The notes beneath the pieces were generated by a model. The model ran no database searches. It was not told the origin of the DNA and was given only the letters and a program-made list of their open reading frames with translations. A DNA stretch of 64,000 bases from Botryllus schlosseri (Eukaryota). Location of the stretch: the NCBI GenBank assembly GCA_051294905.1, contig CM119371.1:7130001-7194000 (forward strand), given 5' to 3'. Both the position numbers and the translations under genes were made by a program. Shown here one piece after another: positions 1-11,985 of the stretch (within the stretch, counting starts at the first letter, position 1; every line of letters begins with the position of its first letter).

Positions 1-555
1 TTTGTATATTTCCACAAAATTACAAGTTACTATTGCTATGACATTCATCAAATGGCACAAATCTACCAAAAGTAGGTTCCACATGCCAAAATTTCAAAAA
101 CTCGACTAACAAAGTTCTGCCGCTTTGAAACAAAAAATGCACAATCTTCAAGGCAATTATCATGGATTCAAAATGAAATGAATCAAAAATTGTGCTCGTG
201 AGCGACTTCATTTTTTTATTCATGTCTCAGCTGCAGACTTGTACAAACTACTAATCTAGTTAGTTAGTTGATGGTCAAGAGTAGTTCTAGTTGCAAATTT
301 TGTAAGCGAGTAGTTTGGCGTGAATAGTGATACTGGTGTTCTGTTGTGTGACGTTCTTGCAGGTATTGCTAGCTTGGAGTCAACACTACTAACAATGGCG
401 TAGCCAGGGATTGGGTTTAGGGGAGATTTCTCCATTTGAACTACAAATCCCGTTCTTTTTAAACTCAGAGTAATTTGCATTACAAGTACCCTACTGCACT
501 TGCTTCAGAACTGAGAAGCCAGTAATTTGCACAAGTTTGCTGAGTTAAGTGCAAT

Positions 556-2187
556 CTATCTCTTCACAAATGCGGATTTGTAAATTCGACAACACTTATC
601 AACTTTTGGCTTCACTACAGTCCATTTATCTTGCGATATATCATAATTTTCAATTGCATTAGGGGTTCCTCCATCTGTTACTGCAAAAATGCACTTGCCA
701 ATGTGATAAGCACAAACTCGACCATGACAAGCATTCATAGAAGATAATGAAGTCCATTGAGCTGAAGTAACATCGTAACATTCTACGCTGTTGACTTTCT
801 TTCTTCCTCCACTCATCCCACCGATCACAAATATCTTTTGTTCAACTGCAACAACACCACTGTAAGACACAGCATATCTCATTGGGTCGAGATCAACCCA
901 CTCTGATGAGGATGGAGTGAATCTGCAGAATGATGAAACTATGACTTCATCTTGCCCTATACCTCCGATACAATAGATGGAATCATTCAATGATACAAGA
1001 CTTGTGAAACAAATCGCGGCAGGTTTGTCTTCTAGTTGAATCCATTGATTCAAGGGTGGGGTGAATACCTCCACCACACTTGTTGCTTTAGGAAAACTTC
1101 CTCCAATAACAAATAGCAATCCTGACGAAGTAACTACACGAGGATAGGTTCCATGCTCACAAATCATATCTTTCTTCCTTTCCCATTTTGAATTTTTGGT
1201 CTGAAAATTGAGCCGATGAACTGATTTATTCCCACATAAAACGTAGATATACGAGTCTAGAGAAATCGCCGAGAAATGTGCTAAATTTTTAAACTTCTCA
1301 TCATGAAACTTCTCTACTTTCTTAGTTACTGGATTGAAGGATTTGATACAATTTGCTTCATCATCAAAAAGAATTATTAATTCATCTTTGCCGATCTCTT
1401 CGTTTGTTTTCTGTGATGCTTTTGAAGCCTTCAAAAGATGTCCAGTGATCAACTTGTACAGTCCTAAGTCGTTACTGATGACTAGGTTTGTTTCCAAAAC
1501 GCGTTCTAAAAATGCCGGAGAGACTTCATCAAACTTGATTGCTTCAAGAAATTCGCACAAATGTTCCTGATTTTTGCGATTTTTTTCAACCCAATTGAAC
1601 AATAACGTTAGTTTTTCTTCTTCGCATAACTTAAATTGTTCTGACTTCACAAAATTGAGGATGCTAGTTTTTTCAACGATTCCAAATTCTGGTTGGTTGG
1701 ATATTTTCACGATATTTTCAAGAAAAAATGCTCTACATCGCGTAGAGACGGCATCCAGTCCATACATATCGGCAACATTTCTTGTGGAAAAGTAATTCTC
1801 TACATTAAGTGATCCCTCCAAAACGTCAGATACTGCCTGCTTCACGTCTTCCAACTGCATCATTATTGCGACATGAATAAGATCATTTATCTTTTCATCA
1901 GGAATCTCAAATTTGCCCGAATATATGAAATCGATGCAGCTTTTCACACACATAGAATCGACCCCTTTCAAAACAACTTTTCCTTCACGACTCTCTTTTG
2001 TATCGTGCTTTAACATAGCTTTGAAATAAGCACAACCAGCCGACAATACATTTCTGTGAGTGTAATAGACGTCATCTCCCACTTGAATTGTGAAATCACA
2101 ATGATCGTTCTCTTGCTTCATTCGATGTAATTCTTCCATCATCTTCACTGAATGTTTCTCTACATTTGGACATACAATCTGCACCAT
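556..2187 (-). CDS. Kelch-like BTB-BACK-Kelch protein, copy 1 (intronless, 543 aa from the ATG)
   Basis: BTB motif (CDFTIQVGDDVYYTHRNVLSAGCAYFKAML, IDFIYSG), BACK region, and Kelch repeats with GG...Y/F...W (IYCIGGIG, IFVIGGMSGG, VECYDVTSAQW). The ORF track starts at a TTG (2196); the ATG is at 2187. Confidence 0.93.
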   Translation of the reverse strand: MVQIVCPNVEKHSVKMMEELHRMKQENDHCDFTIQVGDDVYYTHRNVLSAGCAYFKAMLKHDTKESREGKVVLKGVDSMCVKSCIDFIYSGKFEIPDEKINDLIHVAIMMQLEDVKQAVSDVLEGSLNVENYFSTRNVADMYGLDAVSTRCRAFFLENIVKISNQPEFGIVEKTSILNFVKSEQFKLCEEEKLTLLFNWVEKNRKNQEHLCEFLEAIKFDEVSPAFLERVLETNLVISNDLGLYKLITGHLLKASKASQKTNEEIGKDELIILFDDEANCIKSFNPVTKKVEKFHDEKFKNLAHFSAISLDSYIYVLCGNKSVHRLNFQTKNSKWERKKDMICEHGTYPRVVTSSGLLFVIGGSFPKATSVVEVFTPPLNQWIQLEDKPAAICFTSLVSLNDSIYCIGGIGQDEVIVSSFCRFTPSSSEWVDLDPMRYAVSYSGVVAVEQKIFVIGGMSGGRKKVNSVECYDVTSAQWTSLSSMNACHGRVCAYHIGKCIFAVTDGGTPNAIENYDISQDKWTVVKPKVDKCCRIYKSAFVKR

Positions 2188-2818
2188 GATTGTCAATCAT
2201 CCACAATAGGCTGTACAGAATGATGCTATGATTATTATGATATAGTCAAGCACTGTTTTTGAAGCAAAGATGATTAGTAGGGCGATTTTTTTGACTTCAA
2301 AAAGTCAAATATTTTTTTTACCCCTGCATTTCGTTTGTATCGTACATTTTGCACTGTCGGTGAAGTTATCATTTGATATTTTATAGCTTGTTGCCTATTT
2401 TATAGGCCTACCGTTGCAGACGGCACATTGTCTGCTGATTGTGAATCATAAATGGTTTCAAGCCAACACACTCTCACTACTAATAAGCATTGGTCAGAAA
2501 CGAAATTTAGCAAGTAATTTTGGGACTCCAACTCCATTAAGCGAAAAATTAGCCAAACTATGACTCCACAGTCCACAGCCATGGTTGCAGGGAACAGATA
2601 GGACAAAGTCAGAGAGACAATGAATTTCAAACGTAACCTGAACACTAGGGATGTTAAAAAAAAACTCTTGGATCAAGTGCTGGATTTACCGTTATGTGTT
2701 TAAATAAGACACAAGGTGATCATAACTATGTAAAAAAGAGAAACCAACTTGTGGAAATGAGTGTTTAATCTTATCTAAAAATTAAAGTCACGTATACCAA
2801 TAATGTCAAAAAATAGGC

Positions 2819-3400
2819 GGGCATCCCTAAAAGACGGAAAAGCGGAAAAGCGGAAACAGCGGAAACAGCGGAAAACGAACCCTAAAACGCGGAAACAACG
2901 GAAACAGCGGAAACAATAAAAAAATGCCGATTCCTAAAAGACGGAAAGACGGAAATAGCGGAAAACTTAACCATCGATTAAATATCGGAATTTGATACTT
3001 ACATAATCTGCTCGCTGCGGAATCTAAATCAGCGGAAAAACGGAGTGCAGCCTGAGCAGCGGAAACAGCGGAAAATTTAACCATACCAGTTTGAGGCAAA
3101 TTTGACGGAAAATTTGACCATCGACTGCATAGCGGGCTTTGATACTGACATAATCAGCTCGCTGCGGATTCTAAATCAGCGGAAAACGGAGTGTAGCCTG
3201 AGCAGCGGAAACAGCGGAAAAGTTAACCATACCCGTTTGAGGCAAATTTAACGGAAGATTGACCATCGATTAGAGAGCGGACTTTGATACTGACATAATC
3301 TGCTGGCTGCGGAATCCATAGAAGCGGAAAACGGAGTGTAACCGAAGCAGCGGAAACAGCGGAAAAGTTAACCAAGGCCTACCAGTTTGAGGCGAATATG
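2819..3400. repeat. Left MULE TIR: (GCGGAAACA)n followed by about 3 copies of a ~146-bp unit; interrupted by a hAT MITE and resuming briefly at 4863-4878
   Basis: Reverse complement of the 9925-11275 array. Confidence 0.85.
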
Positions 3401-3408
3401 ACTTTGAT

Positions 3409-4854
3409 CAGTGGTTCCCAACCTTTTTCGGTGGCAGGGCCAAATTTAGAATTTCAGAGCACGGTTGGGGCCGCACGAATACAAGGGCAATGAGAGGAAC
3501 CCAAAATAGTCACCAAAAGATGAAAATTGGCAGTATTCCGATCATTCGCTTGACGCCATTGGCCATTGTGTTGCCGCGCTCCCGTGGTTCTGAAGAATCA
3601 ACATTTGCTGCCCATTTCGGAGTAGTTTTATTGCCCTGGCGAGATTTCAATTCGTATTTTTGGAATCAGTGCGATACTTGCTTTCTATAAACACCGACAT
3701 ATCAAATTATTCGGACGCTTGGGTCGCGAGCTATAGGACTACCAATTATGTTGCTATTTATCATCTTAATCGGGTGTCCCTTTAAGGCAGCTTCGCTCGA
3801 CTAATCGCGCCAAGCGCGAAAAATTTATATAATATAATCGGGAATTCCATAGATATTGGTATCAACTTTTATCCTCTCTCTGCTCACGTAATCAGATTGA
3901 CAGGCTGAGCCGAGTCAGTTGTGTTTGAAAAGGTAGGAACACTCAATCATAATTAAACATCTTCGGGCGTATACCCGTTGGCAGGAACGAAACAGCACTT
4001 CGTCAGGCCAAAAAACTTAGTTCTTGAGCTCCCATAGATTGATAAACCGACCCTCCGCCCCGTTGTTCGCTTCTGCCACGAAATCAGGATCACCGTTTAG
4101 TGAGCCAGCGTGGAGAGCGAAAATGTTCGATAATTCAAAATAAAATAGGTCAATAAGATCGGGAATTGCATAAATATTGCTATCAATTACTTGTCCTCTC
4201 TGCTCACGTAATCACATTTACCGGTTTGAGTGCGGTGTCTTGGAAACTGTAGGGCTCGTAAATAATAAATAAACATATTCGGACGGGCGGACCCGTTGGT
4301 ACGACTTCATTACATGATGTTATTTCATGACCTCAAGTCTACCATACGTATATATATAGAATCGCCCAAACGTACTAAACTAAAAGATGCACACGATTTC
4401 AAATTGGTATTTCTTCACTGACATATAATTCTTCCCTGCGGGATGGTAGCCTATTTGTCTCGTGACGTTCAGATTGCCAAGACAGGAACATTCGGCGCCA
4501 GACATTTAGGCGCCTGTGGTCAATTATACCTATATGTATTTTGTATATACATAACGAAGTTTTCGTTCCGCGTAAGGGCAGTCCTTTTGGGCCCAGGTTT
4601 TCTGGCTGCCGATCGTTCTGGCACACTTCTTGGAGTCGCATGTTACATGGCTGGAAAGTTAGCGCACATTGCATTGAAACAACAGTGACGTAATCTTACC
4701 AGTCTACTCACAACTTTCCTGCAATCCTAATTGAAAACTCCAGACTCAAAGCCAAGCCAGAGTATTTATTAATTTTTTTTTCATAAATCGATTTCTCAAT
4801 ATTTTTGTGGGGGCCGCAAGAAGGCTAGCTGGGGGCCGCGGTTGGGAGTCACTG
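3409..4854. mobile_element. Non-autonomous hAT-type element nested in the left MULE TIR
   Basis: TIRs CAGTGGTTCCCAACC / GGTTGGGAGTCACTG; 8-bp TSD ACTTTGAT (3401-3408 and 4855-4862); no credible ORF. Confidence 0.88.
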
Positions 4855-5031
4855 ACTTTGATACTGACATAATCTGCTAAATGTAATCGTGAGTAATCGT
4901 GATCACTTTTCCAATGTAATGGTAATCGCAATCGACTACTTCCAGATTTTGCTGTAATCGTTATCGCAATCGCGTGATTAAGAACTAATCGTAATCGCAA
5001 TCGATTTCGTTCATTAAGTAATCACCCCATG

Positions 5032-5250
5032 TCTGGTCTCAATATCGCGGTGTTTTCACTATAGCTTTAACCAGAGGTGGTCAGTAACGAAGTACTTCTA
5101 CTTTTTGGAAGTACTCAAGCAGTGTTCCTCTACTTCTGGTACTTACTCAAGTAGATCTGATTTTCTCTACTTCTACTTCGTAATATTTGGTTATCTACTT
5201 ACTTACTTTTCGCTATTTTAAGTTTGTCAAATAGAAGTAGCTTAATCTCC
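5032..5250 (+). repeat. MITE-like fragment (CAGAGGTGGTCAGTAACGAAGTAC..., TACTT-rich); second copy at 9676-9920
   Basis: The same 24-nt start occurs at 5032 and 9676, followed by degenerate CTACTT repeats; the other end was not found. Confidence 0.5.
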
Positions 5251-6027
5251 CAATATAGCCTGAGCCTGAGGAATTTCGGGGCTGTTTACACGGAGTACAA
5301 ACAAAGAACAACAAAGTAAATGGTGAGTTGCGTCATAACCACCGAGCTTTGCGTGCATAAAATTAATGTGAACGGCGTGGCACACTTCAAAGACAGTTTT
5401 AAGGAGTCATCGGAAATCCCGTATCTGCGAGTCTGTGACGATTTGGAGTTAAAAAGCCGAATTACCCAACTCGTTAATCGACAATTACGGGGGAATAATT
5501 TTTAGAGTTCTGAGAGGGGAATGAGACATGATGAAGTCATATTATGCGAAATTTATGCCGGAGTTGCGAGAGAATACTTTGAGTGCATGTTGACATGTTG
5601 ACTTTGAGTACATGTTAAAGCATAAAAACCAGTGTTGTAATGCCTCTATCTTCCGAGAATAAAGCTACATTAAAAATAACGTTAACGATCCACAATATTT
5701 GTTATTAACGTATACTAATCGCGCAAAGTGTTGAAACCGTATCCGATACAACTTCTCCGTATTGCTCTTCGCCTAAACTCGGGGCCTTATCATATGGGGT
5801 AGGGCGCCATGCCATGATATTCTCTAACACAAGGTTTTCCAGTAAACAAAAGGTTAGTATCGCATTTTCATATCAATACTATAATATGCATCCCATGATA
5901 CGAAAGAATGCTTATTCTGTCGATAGTTGCTAACACATGACACTTCATCAACGGAAAATGACAAATGAAACGATGATAATATTTACAGTCATGGCAAAAC
6001 ACAGAGTAAAAGGTCAAATACAAAAGT

Positions 6028-9000
6028 TCACGATTCAAGTTTTGCAGCTAAGCAGTCGTTCCTGTAACAAATGAAGTATGTCATCTCAGCAACATTTTCA
6101 TCGGCGAGACAAGACTTGTGAAACCATTTCCGACATTCGACACACATTATCTGCTGATCGTCGTGTTTACTACCTTGACATATGCTGCTGTCGCAATTAC
6201 CCCATCTCGATTTATCCGTGACAGCAATGACAGATGAGGAATCAGCTAGTTCTTTGTATGGCATATCACTGTCCGATATCGTAGCCCAATTTTCCAATAC
6301 AGAAGCGCATTTTGATCGGGCTGTGTCAGTCAATGTGAATCGGTACTCAGGTGACGGTCGCCGACTCTTTGCTAAGTGGTCCACCCACACTCGGCACCTT
6401 CCCGACGGAAAATCTTCTGACAAGGGTAAATTGTTAGACACGCAATAGGCATTTGCTATTACGTGAATGCCACAGTCGAATGTGTTCAATTACTGCTTCA
6501 CGTCCCTGCATAGAAAAAACTGCCAGTCCTTGATGTTGCATATCACATTCGCAACTGAAAGGCAAGCGCTAATCATTTTAAATATGTTGCGAAAAATATC
6601 CTCGTACCTCTTCCGATTTTGAGATACCATAGAATCCATCACTAGTGTGGTTTTGGTACTCAAGTTGACCACTGCCAGTATCCAGTGACTTTGAACATGC
6701 ACTAGAATAATGAAGAAGTCTTTGTTCGCCGCTTGGTGACTGAGCGCAAACTGGCAGAGATGAGATGCATTGCGATTATGCTCTGCATATCTGTACAGAA
6801 ACAAGTTGAAAAATTGAATACCAGGTTTGTCGATGCAAAATGCTTCTATTGCTCGCTCTATTGTGTCATCATCTAACCATTTCCCAGGTTTCAAGCATTG
6901 GCGTGTCACATGCTGCGGATTTTCATCCGTTGTCGACGAAAGCCATGGGTAATCATTGGGTGCGAGCAGCTTTACGGAGTCGGTCGTCAAATCCAATTGG
7001 AGTGATTCTTCATTCATTTCAGACATGTCTTCGTCGGATATCAACGATTGATCTGGATTTGATGGCTGTTGCGGGGGTGGATGTTTTTTTGACGTTGAAG
7101 AGTCATCTGGCGTGTTTTCAATATAATCAAAATCATTGGCGGCGAGCAGCTTTACGGAGTCGGTCGTCAAGTCCATTGGCAGAGCTTCATTCATTTCAGA
7201 CATGTCTTCGTCTGGTATCATCGATGGATCTGAGTTTGATGGCTGTTGTAAGAGTGGCTGTTTTTTTGGCGTTGAATGGTCAGCTGGCGTGTTCACTTTA
7301 TAATCATAATCTACCGTGCGAGGCCTTTTTCGACCAGACTTCCTGGTTCGACCCTTGCGATTTTTCAGGAGCTTACTCAAACTGCAGGGGACCTCTTTCT
7401 GTATGCTGTTGTCTCCGAGCGACATCGCTACAGCTAGAATATGATAGCATGTTGTAGTGCTTGCGCAAGTGCAAGATGGGGGCTTCGGGTGGTACCGGAC
7501 GCAATGAATCTGACGTTGAGTCATTGAAGCAACGGTGAATACGCCATTTGTCGACGAGAATCCAACCATATTATTAATTCCGCACCACCTTGCCATAGCG
7601 CGTTGGGTGAATCTTCGATTATCCTTTTTGTTCGCCCTGAAGAATTTCGTAAGATTTTCGTCTTTGTTGATTTCACTTATGATATCTTCAAGCGTTAACA
7701 TATCAGGAAACTTGATATCTTTGAGAATTTTTTTCATGTAGTTCAATTCCTCTTTAAGAGCATATCGCCCATATCCGCCTTCCGCGCGACGAAAATCATT
7801 CAAGTAGCCCGTCTGCAGTTGATGAAACCACAATATGATAGCATCCAATGTCATTTCCTTACGCCCGCTCGCAGCTTTCAGAACGTTATTCATTGATTCG
7901 CTGATATTGTTAGTAGGTGGGCCCTCATTCAAAGCGGCAAAATGCTTCGTTCTGAATTTGCAGGTATTTTTAGAAATGTCTCCCTTTAAATACTTGTCGA
8001 AATATGTTCTGAATTTGCCTGGCCATCGATTTGCCAACGTATCGTATTTATCGTTGAATTGATCCTCTTCCTCCGACGAAACCAACGTGCGTATATCCTC
8101 CAATATCCTTTTCAATTCGTCCTTTTTGAAAGAGTTATTGCGAAGCCATCTTTCAGCATCTTTGAGTATATGGTTCAGACAAAAAAACTTCGGCAAGTTT
8201 GGAAAAAATTCATGGAGTGGTTTCGTTATTCCCTTTTCTCGATCTGTGACAAATGGAATGTTTGAGCATTTATCCATCCCGAGGCAGTGCAATATGTCGC
8301 GGAGCATGTTTTCATGGTTTTTCATGAATTTTTTCTCATGCACCATAAATGCAACTGGGAATATTGGGTCCCCTACTAAAAATACGTTGCGGCACACCAA
8401 GACCGAAACGTAGAAGTCTCCGAGGGAGAAAGTGGTATCATAAGACAGTACTTGTGGCAGTTCCGTATTCTGCATTGATGCTTTCAGTATGTTTCTAGTT
8501 TCGTCAAGCAAATCGCTGTGTGCCATGCGGATAGTTATGTCGGGATATATTTCGATCATTCTGACAAAGCCGTCAGTGTGATCCGACATTTCTAATGCAT
8601 TATATACAGTGTCCTTGGAAATTCGAAGCGACTGCCGCTTTATGTATTTCACATTTTCACATTGTTTCACATCGCGCGGTCTGTCAGTGGGCATTCTAGA
8701 TTGATCCGATTGCCTCATTCCTTTAGCTTGTAACTCGGCGTACGTCTGTTTTGGTGTATTCCTGTCGTCTTTTTTGATTTCTTCCAGACATGTCCGAGAC
8801 GTGTGAACGAACACAGAATCCTTTTTCTTAATTGCATTGCCGTGTGAACTGTCTCGGTGCAGGGTACTGTCCCCCAAGTAGTGTACCAGATAAACGGTGC
8901 TGGACTCAGTATCTCTATCTTCTTGTAAAATCAGTGAATATACGTGTCGCTTGAACCCAGACAGCGATTTTCTAAGCTTGCCGTCTGGATCCTTCAAGTG

Positions 9001-9228
9001 ATAATATCTCTTGCGTACCCCTATTTTATCGTCGTGATGCATTCCTATGTGAATGAATCTATATTGATCACACTGAAAGTCGTTTCCTCCTGAGTTACAT
9101 GGAGAGCGATACAAATAACCTTCTCCACCTTTGGGCTGTACTGCCGGTTTGTCGTAAATTATTTGAGGGTTTTCCAATATTTCTTTTGCTCTTGCAAACT
9201 TCAGAGATTTATTTCCAAGCTGGAGCAT
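6028..9228 (-). pseudogene. MULE transposase fused to SWIM, Ulp1/SENP-like (C48) protease and PHD finger; one in-frame TAA at 6490-6492
   Basis: DDE motifs (LSYDTTF, FVTDRE, CLNH, TNNISESMN); SWIM CTCASTTTCYH; Ulp1 HWILAV / VMDS / Q*LNTFDCG; C-terminal C4HC3 finger (C..IC...CVECRKWFHKSC...C....C). ORFs 6490-9228 and 6028-6489 are contiguous and in frame. Confidence 0.88.
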
Positions 9229-9924
9229 ACTTTCAGCTTAGAATTACTTTGACCGCTTGCTTCTCAGCGGAACTGGTCGGCATAATTGGATTTATTCGCT
9301 GTTGCGTGAATCGAAGAGCAAAACATAACTGCTCATACCTCGCTGACATGCTTATCTGGGTCATCTTGGAATAATGAATAACAATAACTTCGCATTTATT
9401 AGAAAGTGTAATTCAATCTTTACCAAATAAACAGCATCGCTTCACAGCATCACACACTGTAAACGAAAATGGTGTGTTTTTGCAATTTACTGCATAGCGC
9501 AGGGCGTATTTCAAGTCATCACACCTTTTGAGTACTAGAATTATTATTTGCACCCATCCCCGTGGGTGTGAATAAGCCTAATACACCCCACCATACCATC
9601 AAAAACAAACCTCAAGCATTGGCATTTCGGGTGAATTATCAGTGATTACACCTTTTTTCAGGCACTTATGAATTCAGAGGTGGTCAGTAACGAAGTACTC
9701 CTACTTTTTGAATTACTTGAAGTAGATTTTGCCCACTCACACTACTTTTTAAGTAGTTATGATTTTAGACTACTTCTACCTCTACTTGACAGTTTTCAGT
9801 TTTGTAGGCAAAAATAAGCCTAGAAAACCTGCTTACTTAATTACTTTGAACCACCACTCCTACTTCTACTTGAGTAGAAATTCCGGTGTTAGTTCTACTT
9901 CTACTTGAGTAGCGACGATGAGCG

Positions 9925-11275
9925 ATTTAGATTCCGTAGCCAGCAGATTATGTAATCGATGGTCAAATTTTCCGTCAAATTTGCCTCAAACTGGTATGGT
10001 TAAATTTTCCGCTGTTTCCGCTGCTTCGGCTGCACTCCGTTTTTCCGCTGATTTAGATTCCGCAGCGAGCTGATTATGTAAGTATCAAAGTCCGCTATGT
10101 AATCGATGGTCATATTTCCGTAATATTCGCCTCAAAATGGTATGGTTAAATTTTCCGCTGTTTCCGCTGCTTCGGCTGCACTCCGTTTTTCCGCTGATTT
10201 AGATTCCGTAGCCAGCAGATTATGTTAGTATCAAAGTCCGCTATGTAATCGATGGTCAAATTTTCCGTCATATTCGCCTCAAACTGGTATGGTTAAATTT
10301 TCCGCTGTTTCCGCTGCTTCGGCTACACTCCGTTTTCCGCTTATATGGATTCCGTAGCCAGCAGATTATGTCAGTATCAAAGCCCGCTATGTAATCGATG
10401 GTCAAATTTCCGTCAAATTTGCCTCAAACTGGTATGGTTAACTTTTCCGCTGTTTCCGCTGCTTCGGCTACACTCCGTTTTTCCGCTGATTTAGATTCCG
10501 CAGCGAGCTGATTATATAAGTATCAAAGTCCGCTATGTAATCGATGGTCATATTTCCGTCAAATTTGCCTCAAACTGGTATGGTTAACTTTTCCGCTGTT
10601 TCCGCTGCTTCGGCTGCACTCCGTTTTTCCGCTGATTTAGATTCCGTAGCCAGCAGATTATGTTAGTATCAAAGTCCGCTATGTAATCGATGGTCAAATT
10701 TTCCGTCATATTCGCCTCAAACTGGTATGGTTAAATTTTCCGCTGTTTCCGCTGCTTCGGCTACACTCCGTTTTTCCGCTGATTTAGATTCCGTAGCCAG
10801 CAGGTTATGTTAGTATCAAAGTCCGCTATGTAATCGATGGTCAAATTTTCCGTCATATTCGCCTCAAACTGGTATGGTTAAATTTTCCGCTGTTTCGGCT
10901 ACACTCCGTTTTCCCGCTGATTTAGATTCCGCAGCGAGCTGATTATGTCAGTATCAAAGTCCGCTATGTAATCGATGGTCATATTTCCGTAATATTCGCC
11001 TCAAAATGGTATGGTTAACTTTTCCGCTGTTTCCGCTGCTCAGGCTACACTCCGTTTTCCGCTGATTTGGATTCCGCAGCGAGCAGATTATGTCAGTATC
11101 AAAGTCCGCTATTTAATCGATGGTTAAGTTTTCCGCTATTTCCGTCTTTCCGTCTTTTAGGAATCGGCATTTTTTATTGTTTCCGCTGTTTCCGTTGTTT
11201 CCGCGTTTTAGGGTTCGTTTTCCGCTGTTTCCGCTGTTTCCGCTGTTTCCGCTTTTCCGTCTTTTAGGGATGCCC
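9925..11275. repeat. Right MULE TIR: about 9 tandem ~146-bp units plus terminal (TGTTTCCGC)n
   Basis: Unit starts (GATTTAGATTCCG) near 9925, 10050, 10196, 10341, 10487, 10634, 10780, 10919 and 11064. Confidence 0.88.
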
Positions 11276-11449
11276 AAAATAGGCTAACCTGCCCCCAGGC
11301 AATTGTAAATTCAAAACTTCTAAAATATAAAACGTGCATGTTAATTCAAATTCAGGCATATTGCAACAACTGATCATAAAGGAAGAGCAACAAGCATTTA
11401 ATTTACATCACATATAAGCAATCGTGGGTCAGATAAGTCCCAAAGATAC

Positions 11450-11966
11450 CAGTGATGAGCGGATAGTGCTTTTCGAGACTCCGAATCCCTCCGACAACTT
11501 TAGTGTCTGAGGAAAACTCCCTCCGACTCCGAAGAGCTCAATCCCAGACTCCGAGATACTCCGGTGAATGTCGTCAAGTATCCGAAACAGTGGCAAGCAT
11601 GGTACATGGTACACATGTTACAACATGGTACATGTGATAATATGGTTGGCCTCATAGTATTGCTTACTCTCCAGTCCCCAATTGCAGTGCAGATGGCTGA
11701 TTTTTATGCATCTGGCAATCATTTTTGCATGTTACCCGTCATATTACAACTTTACAAGGTGTCAACTGTCTGTGTTTTGGTTTGTAATCATAATCAATAG
11801 TGTATTCTGGTCAGAGCTATCCAAAGATATCGGAGACAAAAGTTACAATACTCCGAAATTCTCCGAAAAAATATCCGTAGTAAACTCCGGCTCCGCTCCG
11901 ACTGTCACAAAATTGGCAAAACTCCGCTCCGAATCCACTCCGACTCCGCTCCGATGCTCATCACTA
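11450..11966. mobile_element. hAT-type MITE upstream of the Merlin ORF
   Basis: TIR CAGTGATGAGC / GCTCATCACTA; 8-bp TSD AAAGATAC (11442-11449 and 11967-11974); subterminal CTCCGA repeats. Confidence 0.85.
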
Positions 11967-11985
11967 AAAGATACCCTTTGCAGGA

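Larger units (their letters stand above)
2819..11275 (-). mobile_element. Mutator-like (MULE) DNA transposon with foldback-type TIRs
   Basis: Terminal GGGCATCCCTAAAAGACGGAAAAGCGG at 2819 and its reverse complement ending at 11275; perfect 9-bp TSD AAAATAGGC (2810-2818 and 11276-11284); internal MULE transposase. Confidence 0.93.

Noticed and set aside
2827-3099. Short ORFs in MULE TIRs (also 11067-11267) and in the G-rich MITE (54204-54519)
   Set aside because: Low-complexity translations of tandem repeats.
6840-7457. 205-aa plus-strand ORF
   Set aside because: Antisense shadow of the duplicated linker in the MULE transposase.
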